Shown piece by piece: positions 48,699 to 58,441 of a stretch of DNA of 64,000 bases; position 1 is the first letter of the stretch, and each line of letters begins with the position of its first letter. The stretch is from Minisyncoccota bacterium (GTDB lineage: Bacteria > Patescibacteriota > Minisyncoccia > Phycocordibacterales > UBA9973): contig JBAYKO010000001.1 of the NCBI GenBank assembly GCA_041664605.1, positions 83,586 to 147,585 of the forward strand. The letters run 5' to 3'. Both the position numbers and the translations under genes were made by a program. The notes beneath the pieces were generated by a model. It ran no database searches, was not told the DNA's origin, and saw nothing but the letters and a program-made list of their open reading frames with translations.

Positions 48699-49742
48699 AT
48701 GGGCATGTTTAATAAAAAACCTAAGAAAATAGATTTTTTAGCTGTTGGTGATATGACCACAGATGCCTTTATAAGATTAAAAGATGCTGAAGCTTTAATG
48801 AATAATGGCACACTAGAACTTTGTGTTCGCTTTGGAGACAAGGTTCCTTATGAATCAGTGGAAGTTGTCAGAGCTGTTGGAAATAGTGCTAATGCTGCAG
48901 TTTCGGCTGCTAAATTTGGACTCACATCAGCTTTATTTGTAAACATTGGAGATGATGAAAACGGGAGAGAATGCGTTGATGTTCTAAAAAAATCAAATGT
49001 TTTAACAAATTATATAAAAATAAATAAAGGCCTACCAACAAATTATCATTATGTTCTTTGGTATGGTGCTGATAGAACGATTTTAGTAAAACATACAGAA
49101 TATGATTATAAATTTCCACAAGACCTTGAAGAACCGAGTTGGATTTATTTAAGTTCTCTTGCAGAAAATACAGAAAAATTTCATTTAGAAATTGCTGAAT
49201 ATCTCAAAAAACATCCTGATGTAAAATTATCTTTTCAGCCAGGAACTTTCCAAATGAAACTAGGGACAGATAAATTAAAAGACCTTTATAAACTTTCTGA
49301 ATTATTTTTTTGTAACACAGATGAAGCTAGAAGAATTTTAAATATTGGAAACTCCCTAAACACTTCAGAAAAAGTGTCGGGCAAGGAAGATATTTTAGAA
49401 TTATTAAAAAAAATGCACGAGCTTGGACCAAGAATTGTTTTTATAACAGATGGACCAAAAGGAGCTTACGCGTATAACGGCGCAGATGCTTTATTTATTC
49501 CTTGTTACCCTGATATAAAGCCTCCTTTAAACAGAACTGGTGCTGGAGACGCTTTTGCTTCAACTATTACATCAATGCTTGCACTGGGAAAAACTTTACC
49601 TGAAGCACTAATGATGGGACCAGTTAACTCAATGCATGTTGTTCAATATGTTGGTGCCCAAAAAGGTTTACTTACTATCAAAGAAATAGAAGAGTATCTT
49701 AAAAATGCACCCGAAGATTATAAAGTTAAAAAAATTAATTAA
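48699..49742 (+). CDS. PfkB-family carbohydrate kinase
   Basis: GNSANAAV, N..EA, ITDGPKGA, RTGAGDAF. Confidence 0.92.
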   Translation: MGMFNKKPKKIDFLAVGDMTTDAFIRLKDAEALMNNGTLELCVRFGDKVPYESVEVVRAVGNSANAAVSAAKFGLTSALFVNIGDDENGRECVDVLKKSNVLTNYIKINKGLPTNYHYVLWYGADRTILVKHTEYDYKFPQDLEEPSWIYLSSLAENTEKFHLEIAEYLKKHPDVKLSFQPGTFQMKLGTDKLKDLYKLSELFFCNTDEARRILNIGNSLNTSEKVSGKEDILELLKKMHELGPRIVFITDGPKGAYAYNGADALFIPCYPDIKPPLNRTGAGDAFASTITSMLALGKTLPEALMMGPVNSMHVVQYVGAQKGLLTIKEIEEYLKNAPEDYKVKKIN

Positions 49743-49766
49743 TCACGAAAAAGAGATTACTCTCTC

Positions 49767-50330
49767 GTGATAGAAAATATGTTTTTAAAAAGTAATAAAA
49801 AAATAGAAAGAATCATTACAGAAAAAAGAAACAAGGGTGAAGATATGACTGAAGAAAAAAAGACCCATGATTTAATTAAAAAAGAATCAGTAGAACTCCC
49901 TGATTATATTTTTGATGAGATATATGAAAGAATATTAATAAAAATAGACAATCTTGGAACAAAAGTAGAGGCATTGAAAACAGAATTTAAAGAAAATGAA
50001 AAAATTTATGATGAGTTAGAAAAACAAAAAGATTACATTAGTAATAAAATAGATGCTATTGAAGAACAATATCATGAAAAATTTATAGCTATGCCAGAAC
50101 TTAAGGGAGATTTTAAAGATATAGAAATATTAATTGGAAATTTAGGAGAATTAACTCTAAAACTAGAAGAATTAACAAACACAATTTCACTCATAAAAAC
50201 TAACCAGTTAAAAATTGAAGAAAAATTAGACTACTTTGAAACCGCATTTAACGATCTCAAAAAATCAATAATTGGTGAAGATAAAGAAGGAAAGGAGATG
50301 GTTGAATTCCCTAATGCTAAACTTAATTAA
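49767..50330 (+). CDS. Hypothetical acidic coiled-coil protein
   Basis: 187-aa ORF with a heptad pattern. Confidence 0.6.
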   Translation: MIENMFLKSNKKIERIITEKRNKGEDMTEEKKTHDLIKKESVELPDYIFDEIYERILIKIDNLGTKVEALKTEFKENEKIYDELEKQKDYISNKIDAIEEQYHEKFIAMPELKGDFKDIEILIGNLGELTLKLEELTNTISLIKTNQLKIEEKLDYFETAFNDLKKSIIGEDKEGKEMVEFPNAKLN

Positions 50331-50332
50331 TT

Positions 50333-51319
50333 TTATTTCCCTAAAAATTTTTTAATAGTTTCTGTTATAGATTCTGAATCTAATCCGTAATGTTTGTATA
50401 ATTCTTCTGGATTTCCAGATTGCCCAAATTCATCTTTAATCCCAATAAATCTTATTGGGATTGGAAAATTTTCTGCCAAAACTTCAGCCACAGCACTCCC
50501 TAATCCCCCAGCAATTTGATGATCTTCAATAGTGACAACAGCATTAGTTTTTTTAGCTAATTCAATTATTTTTTCTCTATCGATTGGTTTTATTGTATGC
50601 AAATTCAAAACGATACTTCCAATCCCCTCTTCTTCTAATTTTTTTGCAGAAATTAAAGCATTATAAATTATTGGTCCACAACTTATTATTAAAACTTGTG
50701 GATTCTCTGATTCAAATAAAATATTTGCTTTACCTATTTCAAAGGGAGAATCTTCTGTGGTGATTAGTGGACTTTTTTCACGAATCAATCTTAGATATTG
50801 TGGCCCATCAGTCTTTACCATAGCTATTGTTGCCTTCTTAGCTTCAATTGAATCACACGGAACAACTATCTGCATTCGGGGAAGAACTCTCATTAAAGCA
50901 ATATCTTCTAATGCTTGATGTGATCCTCCATCGGGACCAACAGAAAGTCCAGCATGAGATCCTATTATTTTTACATTTGTATTGTTATAACAAATATTTG
51001 TTCTAATTTGTTCCCAATTTCTTCCCGGTGAAAAAATCGCATACGATGTCGCAAATGGAATTTTACCAACCGAAGCCATCCCTGAAGCTACACTTACTAA
51101 ATTTTGTTCAGCTATTCCAACTTCAAAAAATCTTTCTGGAAACTTTTCTACAAATTTATCTATTTTTACTGATTCTCTTAAATCCGCAGTTAAGACAACT
51201 ACATTTTTATTTTTTTCTCCCGCCTCTAAAAGTCCATCGCCAAAACCATTGCGAATTAATTCTTTTTCGACATCTTTATCAAATAATTTTTTATTTAGTT
51301 TTTGATTTTTATTTAACAT
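50333..51319 (-). CDS. tkt: Transketolase, C-terminal subunit
   Basis: GIAEQN, HAGLSVGPDGGSHQ, TIKPID, EDH. Confidence 0.93.
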   Translation of the reverse strand: MLNKNQKLNKKLFDKDVEKELIRNGFGDGLLEAGEKNKNVVVLTADLRESVKIDKFVEKFPERFFEVGIAEQNLVSVASGMASVGKIPFATSYAIFSPGRNWEQIRTNICYNNTNVKIIGSHAGLSVGPDGGSHQALEDIALMRVLPRMQIVVPCDSIEAKKATIAMVKTDGPQYLRLIREKSPLITTEDSPFEIGKANILFESENPQVLIISCGPIIYNALISAKKLEEEGIGSIVLNLHTIKPIDREKIIELAKKTNAVVTIEDHQIAGGLGSAVAEVLAENFPIPIRFIGIKDEFGQSGNPEELYKHYGLDSESITETIKKFLGK

Positions 51320-51342
51320 TATACTTTATGACTTTACAAACT

Positions 51343-52203
51343 TTATGAACTTGATAATTCATTCAGTGCTTTTTCACCCGTTTCTTTATCAATAGTTTTT
51401 CCATGCCATTTATAATCATTTTCAAATTCTTTTACACCTTTTCCAGGAATCGTATGCGCAATAACAATTGAAGCCTTGCCAGAATTTTGAGCTTTTTCTA
51501 TTCCATTAAATATTTCTTCAAAATTATTTCCATCAATTTCTAAAACATTTAAATTAAATGCTTCCAATTTTTCTTTTAATGGTTCAAGAGGTAAAATATC
51601 TTCCGTATTTCCGTCAAGTTGAATTTTATTTCTATCAATAATAATTATTAAATTTTCTAATTTACCCGCCTGCTCCCGACCATTTGGGAGGGCGGGCAGG
51701 TTTTTTCCTGCCAAAAGAAGTGCCTCCCATGTTTGCCCTTCATCAAATTCCCCATCACTCATCAAGCAATAAACTTTATTTTTTTTATCATCTAATCTAA
51801 GTCCGAGAGCCATACCAACAGCCTGAGAAAGCCCTTCTCCAAGTGGTCCCGATGAAGTCTCAACAAGTGGTAAGAAATCACGATGTGGATGCCCTTGAAG
51901 ACGAGAATTCAGCTTTCTTAAGGTCATTAACTCTTCTAATGGAAAATACCCGGAGTGAGCCATTGTAGCGTATAAAACAGGACAAATATGACCATTTGAA
52001 AGCACTAACCTGTCCCTTTTTTCTGAAAGCGGGTTTTTAGGATCATGTTTTAAAATTCCAAAATAAAGAGCTGTAAAAATATCAGCCATTCCAAGTGCTC
52101 CACCTGGGTGCCCAGAACCTACTTCCACAAGCATTTCTATAATAGATTTTCTTATGCTATTTGCTTTGATTTCCAAATCTTTTATTTTTTCTTGAGACAA
52201 CAT
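51343..52203 (-). CDS. tkt: Transketolase, N-terminal subunit
   Basis: SGHPGG, DRLVLSNGH, LQGHP, SDGE..EG..WEA; in-frame palindromic insert at 51665-51700. Confidence 0.93.
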   Translation of the reverse strand: MLSQEKIKDLEIKANSIRKSIIEMLVEVGSGHPGGALGMADIFTALYFGILKHDPKNPLSEKRDRLVLSNGHICPVLYATMAHSGYFPLEELMTLRKLNSRLQGHPHRDFLPLVETSSGPLGEGLSQAVGMALGLRLDDKKNKVYCLMSDGEFDEGQTWEALLLAGKNLPALPNGREQAGKLENLIIIIDRNKIQLDGNTEDILPLEPLKEKLEAFNLNVLEIDGNNFEEIFNGIEKAQNSGKASIVIAHTIPGKGVKEFENDYKWHGKTIDKETGEKALNELSSS

Positions 52204-52282
52204 AATTAAGCTAAGTATACCAAAATAAAACTACAAAAACTACAAAAACCCCCGACCTAGGTCGGGGGTTTTAAAAACATAA

Positions 52283-52597
52283 TCAGAAGATTATTTTTAT
52301 TTTTTTAATAACAGTTCCATTATCAAAAACGAAATTGTTGTATTTTAAAATATCTTCTTTCCTAAGTGTCCTTGCAGAACTTTTGGGGAAATAAACATTA
52401 GTGGATTCAGGATCAAAAACCCAATTTCCAACCCAGTAATTTTTTGTTTTTCCTGTGATTTCAACAATATTGGGTTTTTTCCTACTCACATCAACGGGAT
52501 TTTTCAAAATATTTATTATTGATGCCTTTGTAGCCATCATGTATCGAGGTTTGATTTGAACAATTTTTTCCTCTTCTACAATTTCTCCTTCTGTCAT
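52283..52597 (-). CDS. Orphan ORF between rpe and tkt (cassette-like)
   Basis: Variant promoter TTGATT-N16-TATAAC..AGATA; terminator 52244-52272. Confidence 0.6.
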   Translation of the reverse strand: MTEGEIVEEEKIVQIKPRYMMATKASIINILKNPVDVSRKKPNIVEITGKTKNYWVGNWVFDPESTNVYFPKSSARTLRKEDILKYNNFVFDNGTVIKKIKIIF

Positions 52598-52663
52598 GGA
52601 TTATTTGAATAAAAACTTTTATCTAAATAATGTTATACCTCATTTAAAATAAAAATCAAGTAG

Positions 52664-53350
52664 TTACATATTTTTTAACTCTTCTATTGTCTCCTCAATA
52701 TCCAAACTCTTAAAAATCGCTGAACCCACGACAAGTCTATCTGCGCCAGCATTTTTTAAATCTTCTGCATTTTCTAAATTTACTCCCCCATCTACACTTA
52801 TTGTAAGTTCAGGATATTCTTTTCTTAAATCAGAAATTTTTTCAAGAACTTTATTATCAAAAGATTTACCCTGAAAACCTACTTCTTCTATTGCCATACA
52901 TTGCACAAAATCAACATTGGGAATTATTTTTTTAATAGATTCAATTTGAACATCTAAATTTATAGAAATTCCTATTTCCACACTTTCCCTAACATAGATA
53001 TCAATATTTTTTACAAGCTCATTAAATTCTTCAAAATCATCATCTTTTGTAATATGAAATATTATTCTACTCGCACCCAACTTAAGAAAAAATTCTAAAT
53101 CCTTTATTGCATCTTTTATCATTAAATGAAACTCATAACTTATATCTTCCCAATAAGGCATTCCGTCTTTTTCATTTAAAATCGAGTTTAAACTAGTTTC
53201 ATCTTTTTCTTGAAATGGCCATGTGACATTATCGCAAAGATTTCCATTCATAAGATCAAGTTGTACATAAGGCACAAAAGAAACCACCCGAGAGACTTTC
53301 TCTTTTATTTCGTTAAAATTTTTTGGAATAATTGCAGGAATGACTTGCAT
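52664..53350 (-). CDS. rpe: Ribulose-phosphate 3-epimerase
   Basis: QLDLM.G, HLM, GFQG..F, VDGGVN, LVVGSAIF. Confidence 0.9.
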   Translation of the reverse strand: MQVIPAIIPKNFNEIKEKVSRVVSFVPYVQLDLMNGNLCDNVTWPFQEKDETSLNSILNEKDGMPYWEDISYEFHLMIKDAIKDLEFFLKLGASRIIFHITKDDDFEEFNELVKNIDIYVRESVEIGISINLDVQIESIKKIIPNVDFVQCMAIEEVGFQGKSFDNKVLEKISDLRKEYPELTISVDGGVNLENAEDLKNAGADRLVVGSAIFKSLDIEETIEELKNM

Positions 53351-53375
53351 AGGTTTATAGGTTATAGGTTGTAGG

Positions 53376-53819
53376 TTATAGTGAATCTATCTTGTCGATT
53401 CTTCTTAAATGCCGTGCATCTCCAGAAAACTTAGTCTCAAGAAATTTTTTCACAGATTGTATTGCCTCATCTTCATCCATAAATCTTACCCCCAGTGAAA
53501 GAATATTCGCGTCGTTGTGTTCTCTTCCTAATTTAATTATATCCATATTTTTTCCATAATATTCTATGGCCCTAACTCCCTCTACTCTATTTGCATCCAT
53601 TGCTTCCCCTTCTCCTGATCCACCCATAATAATTCCAAAACTTCCCTTATCTTCAGCCACCGCTTTTGCAACAGGAGTTATAAAATCAGGATAATCATCA
53701 TTTGGATTAAACTCATATGCACCCTTATCTTCAACTTGATAACCAAGCTCTTTTAAAAAAGGAATTAATTTTTCCTTTAATTCAAACCCAGCATGATCTG
53801 TTCCGATGTATACTTTCAT
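53376..53819 (-). CDS. rpiB: Ribose-5-phosphate isomerase B
   Basis: GTDHAG, DDYPD, GGSGEG, REHNDANILSLG, RH.RRI. Confidence 0.95.
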   Translation of the reverse strand: MKVYIGTDHAGFELKEKLIPFLKELGYQVEDKGAYEFNPNDDYPDFITPVAKAVAEDKGSFGIIMGGSGEGEAMDANRVEGVRAIEYYGKNMDIIKLGREHNDANILSLGVRFMDEDEAIQSVKKFLETKFSGDARHLRRIDKIDSL

Positions 53820-53820
53820 A

Positions 53821-54060
53821 TTAATTTTTTAATCCTTTATATCTTAAACAATCTTTAAATAATCTTTCTTGATTATCTAGCCATGCCTGGCTATTAATAA
53901 ACTCTTGATTATGAGAAAAATTATATAAAAATGTTTCATTATTACAATTCTTCCTTATATGTGCAGGTCTTAATTGAAACCAGTAAAAACCCCCACCCAA
54001 AATAATAATAATTAAAATAATAAACCTCCAATTATTTAATTCTTTTAAAACTTTTTTCAT
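53821..54060 (-). CDS. Small membrane-anchored protein
   Basis: TM helix then FYWFQLRP..IRK.C ... CLR.KGL. Confidence 0.65.
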   Translation of the reverse strand: MKKVLKELNNWRFIILIIIILGGGFYWFQLRPAHIRKNCNNETFLYNFSHNQEFINSQAWLDNQERLFKDCLRYKGLKN

Positions 54061-54158
54061 ATTATTTATAACTTTATAACTTTATAACTTTCTACCTTAT
54101 CATCTTCCCTACTTTAATTACATGATCAACTAATGTATAAGCCTGCCCGCACACTTGT

Positions 54159-55193
54159 TTAATTAATAAATTTCCCCGCCCTTACCACATGATCAACTAG
54201 TGTGTGAGTATACCCCATTTCGTTATCATACCAAGCTAAAACTTTTACTAAATTTCCACCAACTACTCTTGTTAATCCCAAATCAGCAATGGAACCATGT
54301 GGGTTTCCTAAAATATCACTTGAAACGAGTTCTTCTTCGGTCACATCAAAAATACCTTGCCAACGAGGATCGCTTGCTGCCTTTTTTAAAATCTCATTCA
54401 CTTCTTCTTTGGTAGTATTTCTTTTTGAAATAAAAGTAACATCAACAATAGATCCAGAAACAATCGGCACCCTAATTGAAATTCCATCAAAAAGACCTTC
54501 TAGTTGCGGAATAGCTTTGGTTATTGATATCGCTGCTCCTGTTGAAGTGGGAACAATATTATGTCCAGCTGATCTTCCTTCTCTCCAATTGTTTTTATTT
54601 GGTGCATCTACTGTTGGCTGATTGATAGTGTTTGCATGAGTTGTATTTAATAATGCTTTTTCAATACCTAATGCTTCATCTAAAATAGCAATGAGTGGAC
54701 TCCCAGCATTTGTTGTACAAGAAGCATTTGAAGTAATAATACATCTTTCTAATTCTTTTTCATTAATTCCCATTAAAACTGTAGCCCCAGGAATATCACT
54801 GGAAGGTTCATCTTTCATCGGACCAGTAACAACAACTTTTTTAGCTCCACAATCTAAATGAAATTTTGATTTTTCGAAAGAAGTGAAAAGTCCTGTGCTT
54901 TCAACCACTACATCGATATTTAAATCTTTCCACGGTAATTTTGTAGTGTCTTTTTCTGATAAAAATTTTATAGTTTTTCCTTCAATAATTAAATCTGTCC
55001 CAACTACTTCAATTTTTTTATCCCATTTTCCATAAACAGTATCGTGATGAAGTAAGTAAGCCATATTTGATATGTCACCCAAATCATTTGCTGCCACTAT
55101 TTCAATCTCGGGACGCTCCCAGGCGATTTTCAAAAAAGCTCTCCCAACTCTTCCAAAACCATTTATTGCTACACGTGTTGTTTTATTTGCCAT
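54159..55193 (-). CDS. gap: Glyceraldehyde-3-phosphate dehydrogenase
   Basis: INGFGRVGR, SNASCTTN, PTSTGAA, WYDNEMGY. Confidence 0.97.
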   Translation of the reverse strand: MANKTTRVAINGFGRVGRAFLKIAWERPEIEIVAANDLGDISNMAYLLHHDTVYGKWDKKIEVVGTDLIIEGKTIKFLSEKDTTKLPWKDLNIDVVVESTGLFTSFEKSKFHLDCGAKKVVVTGPMKDEPSSDIPGATVLMGINEKELERCIITSNASCTTNAGSPLIAILDEALGIEKALLNTTHANTINQPTVDAPNKNNWREGRSAGHNIVPTSTGAAISITKAIPQLEGLFDGISIRVPIVSGSIVDVTFISKRNTTKEEVNEILKKAASDPRWQGIFDVTEEELVSSDILGNPHGSIADLGLTRVVGGNLVKVLAWYDNEMGYTHTLVDHVVRAGKFIN

Positions 55194-55305
55194 AATTTCT
55201 TGTCCTGCGAAGCCTTGGCGAAGCAGGATGATTAATTTTTTACTTTTCAGCCATAGGCTGATCCGCCTTGGGCGGAATAACTTTTAACTTACTTGTATTA
55301 TATCA

Positions 55306-55382
55306 CCCTGTAGTGAATTTTGGAAAAATACAAAGTATAAAATCTGATTAAAATCAGATTATTTCCAAAATCTACTACGGGG
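55306..55382 (-). mobile_element. TIR mini-element (CCCGTAGT type), 77 bp, upstream of gap
   Basis: CCCCGTAGTAGATTTTGGAAA...TTTCCAAAATTCACTACAGGG|TGA; same asymmetric ends as the tyrS element. Confidence 0.7.
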
Positions 55383-55650
55383 TACTAAATTTAAATAAAA
55401 AAAACCCCGCCGTAGCGGGGTTTAGGGTGCAATAGCTCTTTTATTTTTTTACCGCATCAGCGTATAGGTCTGGGATAATAGCCCGAGAGTGCCTTGATAA
55501 ATCAAGATCTCCACCATTTCCATGGCCTACCGGTGAATCTACAGGGGTCAATCGTAACTGACTTGCTTTCGTGTTGTTTTTTAAAAAATTTTAACTACTG
55601 CAAAATTACTATATCAAATCAATAATATAAGTCAAGCCTTAAAATTAAAT

Positions 55651-56091
55651 AAAAAAAGCCCCGGCTGCTGCCGGGGCTGTAATATCCAAAGACCCACTCT
55701 TTAGATACTTTCCAGTTTACTAGGAAAAATTGCTGGTGACTTTATGGGTTTGGTCCAAAGTCAATACTCCATCAATAAATCCTAACTGTGTTTCGAAAAT
55801 TGTCTTCGAGGTTTAAACGCAAAACTTGCTACTTTTTCGCCTAGGTGCCGGCATTATTTACTCTTTGAAAGCTTAACTAATGGTTTGGGGGCACCTTCTT
55901 TCCGCCTATGCTTAATTGTACCTTTATACGTACGTTTCAGCTGATCTGCCTTGCCGAGGGGCGATATATCGCGTACCTGTGGCGTTGTATGGCGGGGCTT
56001 TTTATAAAACACCCGGGGGTTCCCGATGGAGATAAAACTCCGCTGCAATGGGGCTACCCGGTGACTAATAACCTTTGAAGAACAATTTTGT
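55651..56091 (-). ncRNA. Candidate ~440-nt structured RNA
   Basis: TTGACA-N16-TATACT promoter, GC-rich multi-hairpin body without a convincing ORF, strong terminator 55651-55678. Confidence 0.45.
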
Positions 56092-56180
56092 AACTAAAGT
56101 ATAGCAAATCTATTAGATTTGTCAAGTACTATTTAAATATTTAAAATACCCTTATTTTTCAAGCTATTTTTGAAATAAAT

Positions 56181-56282
56181 AAAACCCCAGTTGCGACCTA
56201 ACTGGGGTTTTATAACGTTCTTTGAAATAGTGTACTCGTGGAGTAAACCTTCAAGGATGGATAAGAACGATTGGGCCGCTTG
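56181..56282 (-). ncRNA. Candidate ~100-nt hairpin RNA
   Basis: TTGACA-N16-TATCCT promoter, nested stems CGTTCTT/AAGAACG, TTGAA/TTCAA and TACTC/GAGTA, terminator 56181-56211. Confidence 0.45.
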
Positions 56283-56384
56283 TTTAATAGGATAGCATAT
56301 TCAATTTTATTGTCAACTATTATTCATTAAGTGACACAATTTCTGCAGGTGCAGAAATTGTGTCACTTCGTGTTTTTTGCTTAA

Positions 56385-57797
56385 CTATTTAAGTAATTCT
56401 TTTATTATTTCAATTACCACCTTGGGATTTGCGCTTCCTTTTGTTTCTTTAATCACCTGCCCAACTAAAGACATAATCGCATTTTCTTTGCCACTTTTAT
56501 AATCAGCTACAACTTTTTCATTTGCATCTAGAATTTTTTGCGCAATTATTTTTAATTCCCCTTCATCATTTTTCTGAAGTAAATTATTTTCTTTGGCATA
56601 TTCGCGAATATTTTTCCCGACTTCAAAATTCTTTCCCATTAAAATAATATCTTTCGCAGAACGAGAGTTTAATTCACTTTTTGAAACCATCAAAACTACC
56701 TCGGCTAATAATTCTGGACTTATAAACTCCCCCACTATTTTTCCTGAGCCAACAAGGTCGTTTGAAATAAAATTTGAAGTAATCCTTATTAATTCTTTAT
56801 CTTGTTTAAAATGTTTTAAAACCGCTTCAAAATATTTCCCTAATTCTTGATTATTCACATAACTCTCAATATCTTCATCTTTAATTTCAAAATCTTTTTT
56901 ATATCTATCTCTCTTCTGCCATGGAAGTTCTGGAAGAGAGTTCTTGATTTCATCTAAATCAAAAGCTTCATGAAGTTTTAATTTTGGTAAATCTGGATCA
57001 GGAAAATATCGATAGTCATGACTAGATTCTTTTTTACGCTGTGAAAATGTTTCTTGTTTATTTTCATCCCAACCACGAGTTTCTTGGACTATTTCACTTC
57101 CCTTTCCGTTTTCTAAAAGCGCAGTCATTCTTTCTATTTCAAATTTTATAGCTCTCTCAACAGTTCTAAATGAGTTTAAGTTTTTTACCTCAACTTTTGT
57201 TCCAAATTTTTCTGTATCACTCACTGAAATATTCGCTTCCACCCTCATTTCACCTTTTTCCATATTTGCTTCTGATACTCCTAAATATTTTAAAAGTAAT
57301 TGAAGTTCGCGTGCAAACTTACTTGCATCTTCTGCTGAATGAATTACTGGTTCTGTTACAAGCTCCATTAATGGCACCCCGGCACGATTAAAATCAATTA
57401 AAGAATAATCTCCTCTATCATGTTTTGAAGTAGCAGTGTCCTCTTCTAAATGCACTCGAGTAATATCTATTCCGTTTAATTTTCCACCTGAAACTATCGG
57501 GTATTTATATTGAGAAATCTGATAACCTTTTGGAATGTCTGGATAAAAATAATTTTTCCTATCAAATTCAGTAAAATCTGCAATATTCCCATCCACTGCC
57601 AAACCAACCTTAATCACATGTTCTACTGCCTTTTTGTTTATAACAGGAAGAGTTCCTGGCTGAGCTGTACAGACAGGACAAATATTTACATTTGGATTTA
57701 TTTCGTCAGGATCATTTTTAGAATCACAAAACATTTTTGTGTTAGTCTTTAGTTCCGCATGAATTTCTAATCCTATTGTGGGTTTATATTCACTCAT
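56385..57797 (-). CDS. gatB: Asp/Glu-tRNA amidotransferase subunit B
   Basis: IGLEIHAEL, FDRKNYFYPD.PKGYQISQ, HLEED, NRAGVPLMELVTEP, DYRYFPDPDLP. Confidence 0.97.
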   Translation of the reverse strand: MSEYKPTIGLEIHAELKTNTKMFCDSKNDPDEINPNVNICPVCTAQPGTLPVINKKAVEHVIKVGLAVDGNIADFTEFDRKNYFYPDIPKGYQISQYKYPIVSGGKLNGIDITRVHLEEDTATSKHDRGDYSLIDFNRAGVPLMELVTEPVIHSAEDASKFARELQLLLKYLGVSEANMEKGEMRVEANISVSDTEKFGTKVEVKNLNSFRTVERAIKFEIERMTALLENGKGSEIVQETRGWDENKQETFSQRKKESSHDYRYFPDPDLPKLKLHEAFDLDEIKNSLPELPWQKRDRYKKDFEIKDEDIESYVNNQELGKYFEAVLKHFKQDKELIRITSNFISNDLVGSGKIVGEFISPELLAEVVLMVSKSELNSRSAKDIILMGKNFEVGKNIREYAKENNLLQKNDEGELKIIAQKILDANEKVVADYKSGKENAIMSLVGQVIKETKGSANPKVVIEIIKELLK

Positions 57798-57898
57798 AAT
57801 ATCTAAGTATTTTACCAAAAATTTTAATTAAACTAAACCATTGACAATGTTTTTTATAATGATAATCTAAGAACAGAAAAGAACATTAACTGATTAAT

Positions 57899-58441
57899 AT
57901 GAAAATAAAACCAACAAATGTCCCTGGTTTAAAAGATTATTATAGTGAATTTGTAAGAGTTGCACACTTACAACAGGAAGCAGACACTATTATTTTGGTG
58001 ACCGCTAGGCGAATGGCGCAAAAAATCATTGCTAATTTCCCAACACACGAAGAGTTAGTTTTAAAACTCTTAGAACTCCCTGTAACATTGACTACAGGAA
58101 TCGACTTAATTGATTGGGTGGATGAAAAAATAACATTACTAGATGTAATTTTTTTAACAGCTATCAAACAATCACAAGAAAAGGGTTCAGAAGGACCAAT
58201 ACGTGCTCACTTTCTTTCAGTTTCGAAAGAATCTCTTATTTCTGAGTGTAAGTTTCATAATTACTATAGTATTAACAAGGGAGACAATTTTAAGGAAATG
58301 GAAGAAACTTGTGTAAAAATAGGGCAACACACGAATTCTTTCATTTTTCTTATGCCATCAAAAAGTAATCAACTGACTGAATATCAATTTGTGTTTCATT
58401 GCGACTTTTCCAAAAAATTTCCTACGTTTCCCTCTGTTTGA
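57899..58441 (+). CDS. Orphan cassette ORF, 180 aa
   Basis: Promoter TTGACA(57841)-N16-TAATCT-N6-AGAAA; terminator 58458-58493. Confidence 0.7.
   Translation: MKIKPTNVPGLKDYYSEFVRVAHLQQEADTIILVTARRMAQKIIANFPTHEELVLKLLELPVTLTTGIDLIDWVDEKITLLDVIFLTAIKQSQEKGSEGPIRAHFLSVSKESLISECKFHNYYSINKGDNFKEMEETCVKIGQHTNSFIFLMPSKSNQLTEYQFVFHCDFSKKFPTFPSV

Noticed and set aside
49351-49386. Possible palindromic in-frame insert in the PfkB kinase (SLNTSEKVSG)
   Set aside because: Only a 5-6 bp stem and no clear match to the other repeat families; needs an orthologue alignment.
16635-54092. Degenerate 7-9 nt tandem repeats (AAAGTT(C/T)AT at 16635-16673, 51322-51351 and 54067-54092; TAGGTTA at 53350-53381; CTAG-rich at 7855-7873 and 21993-22030)
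   Set aside because: Short low-complexity intergenic repeats without spacers; not CRISPR and no function supportable from sequence.
55651-56091. RNase P RNA, tmRNA or retron ncRNA identity
   Set aside because: Diagnostic P4 and tRNA-like terminal motifs are not visible and there is no reverse transcriptase in the window; kept only as an unidentified RNA candidate.
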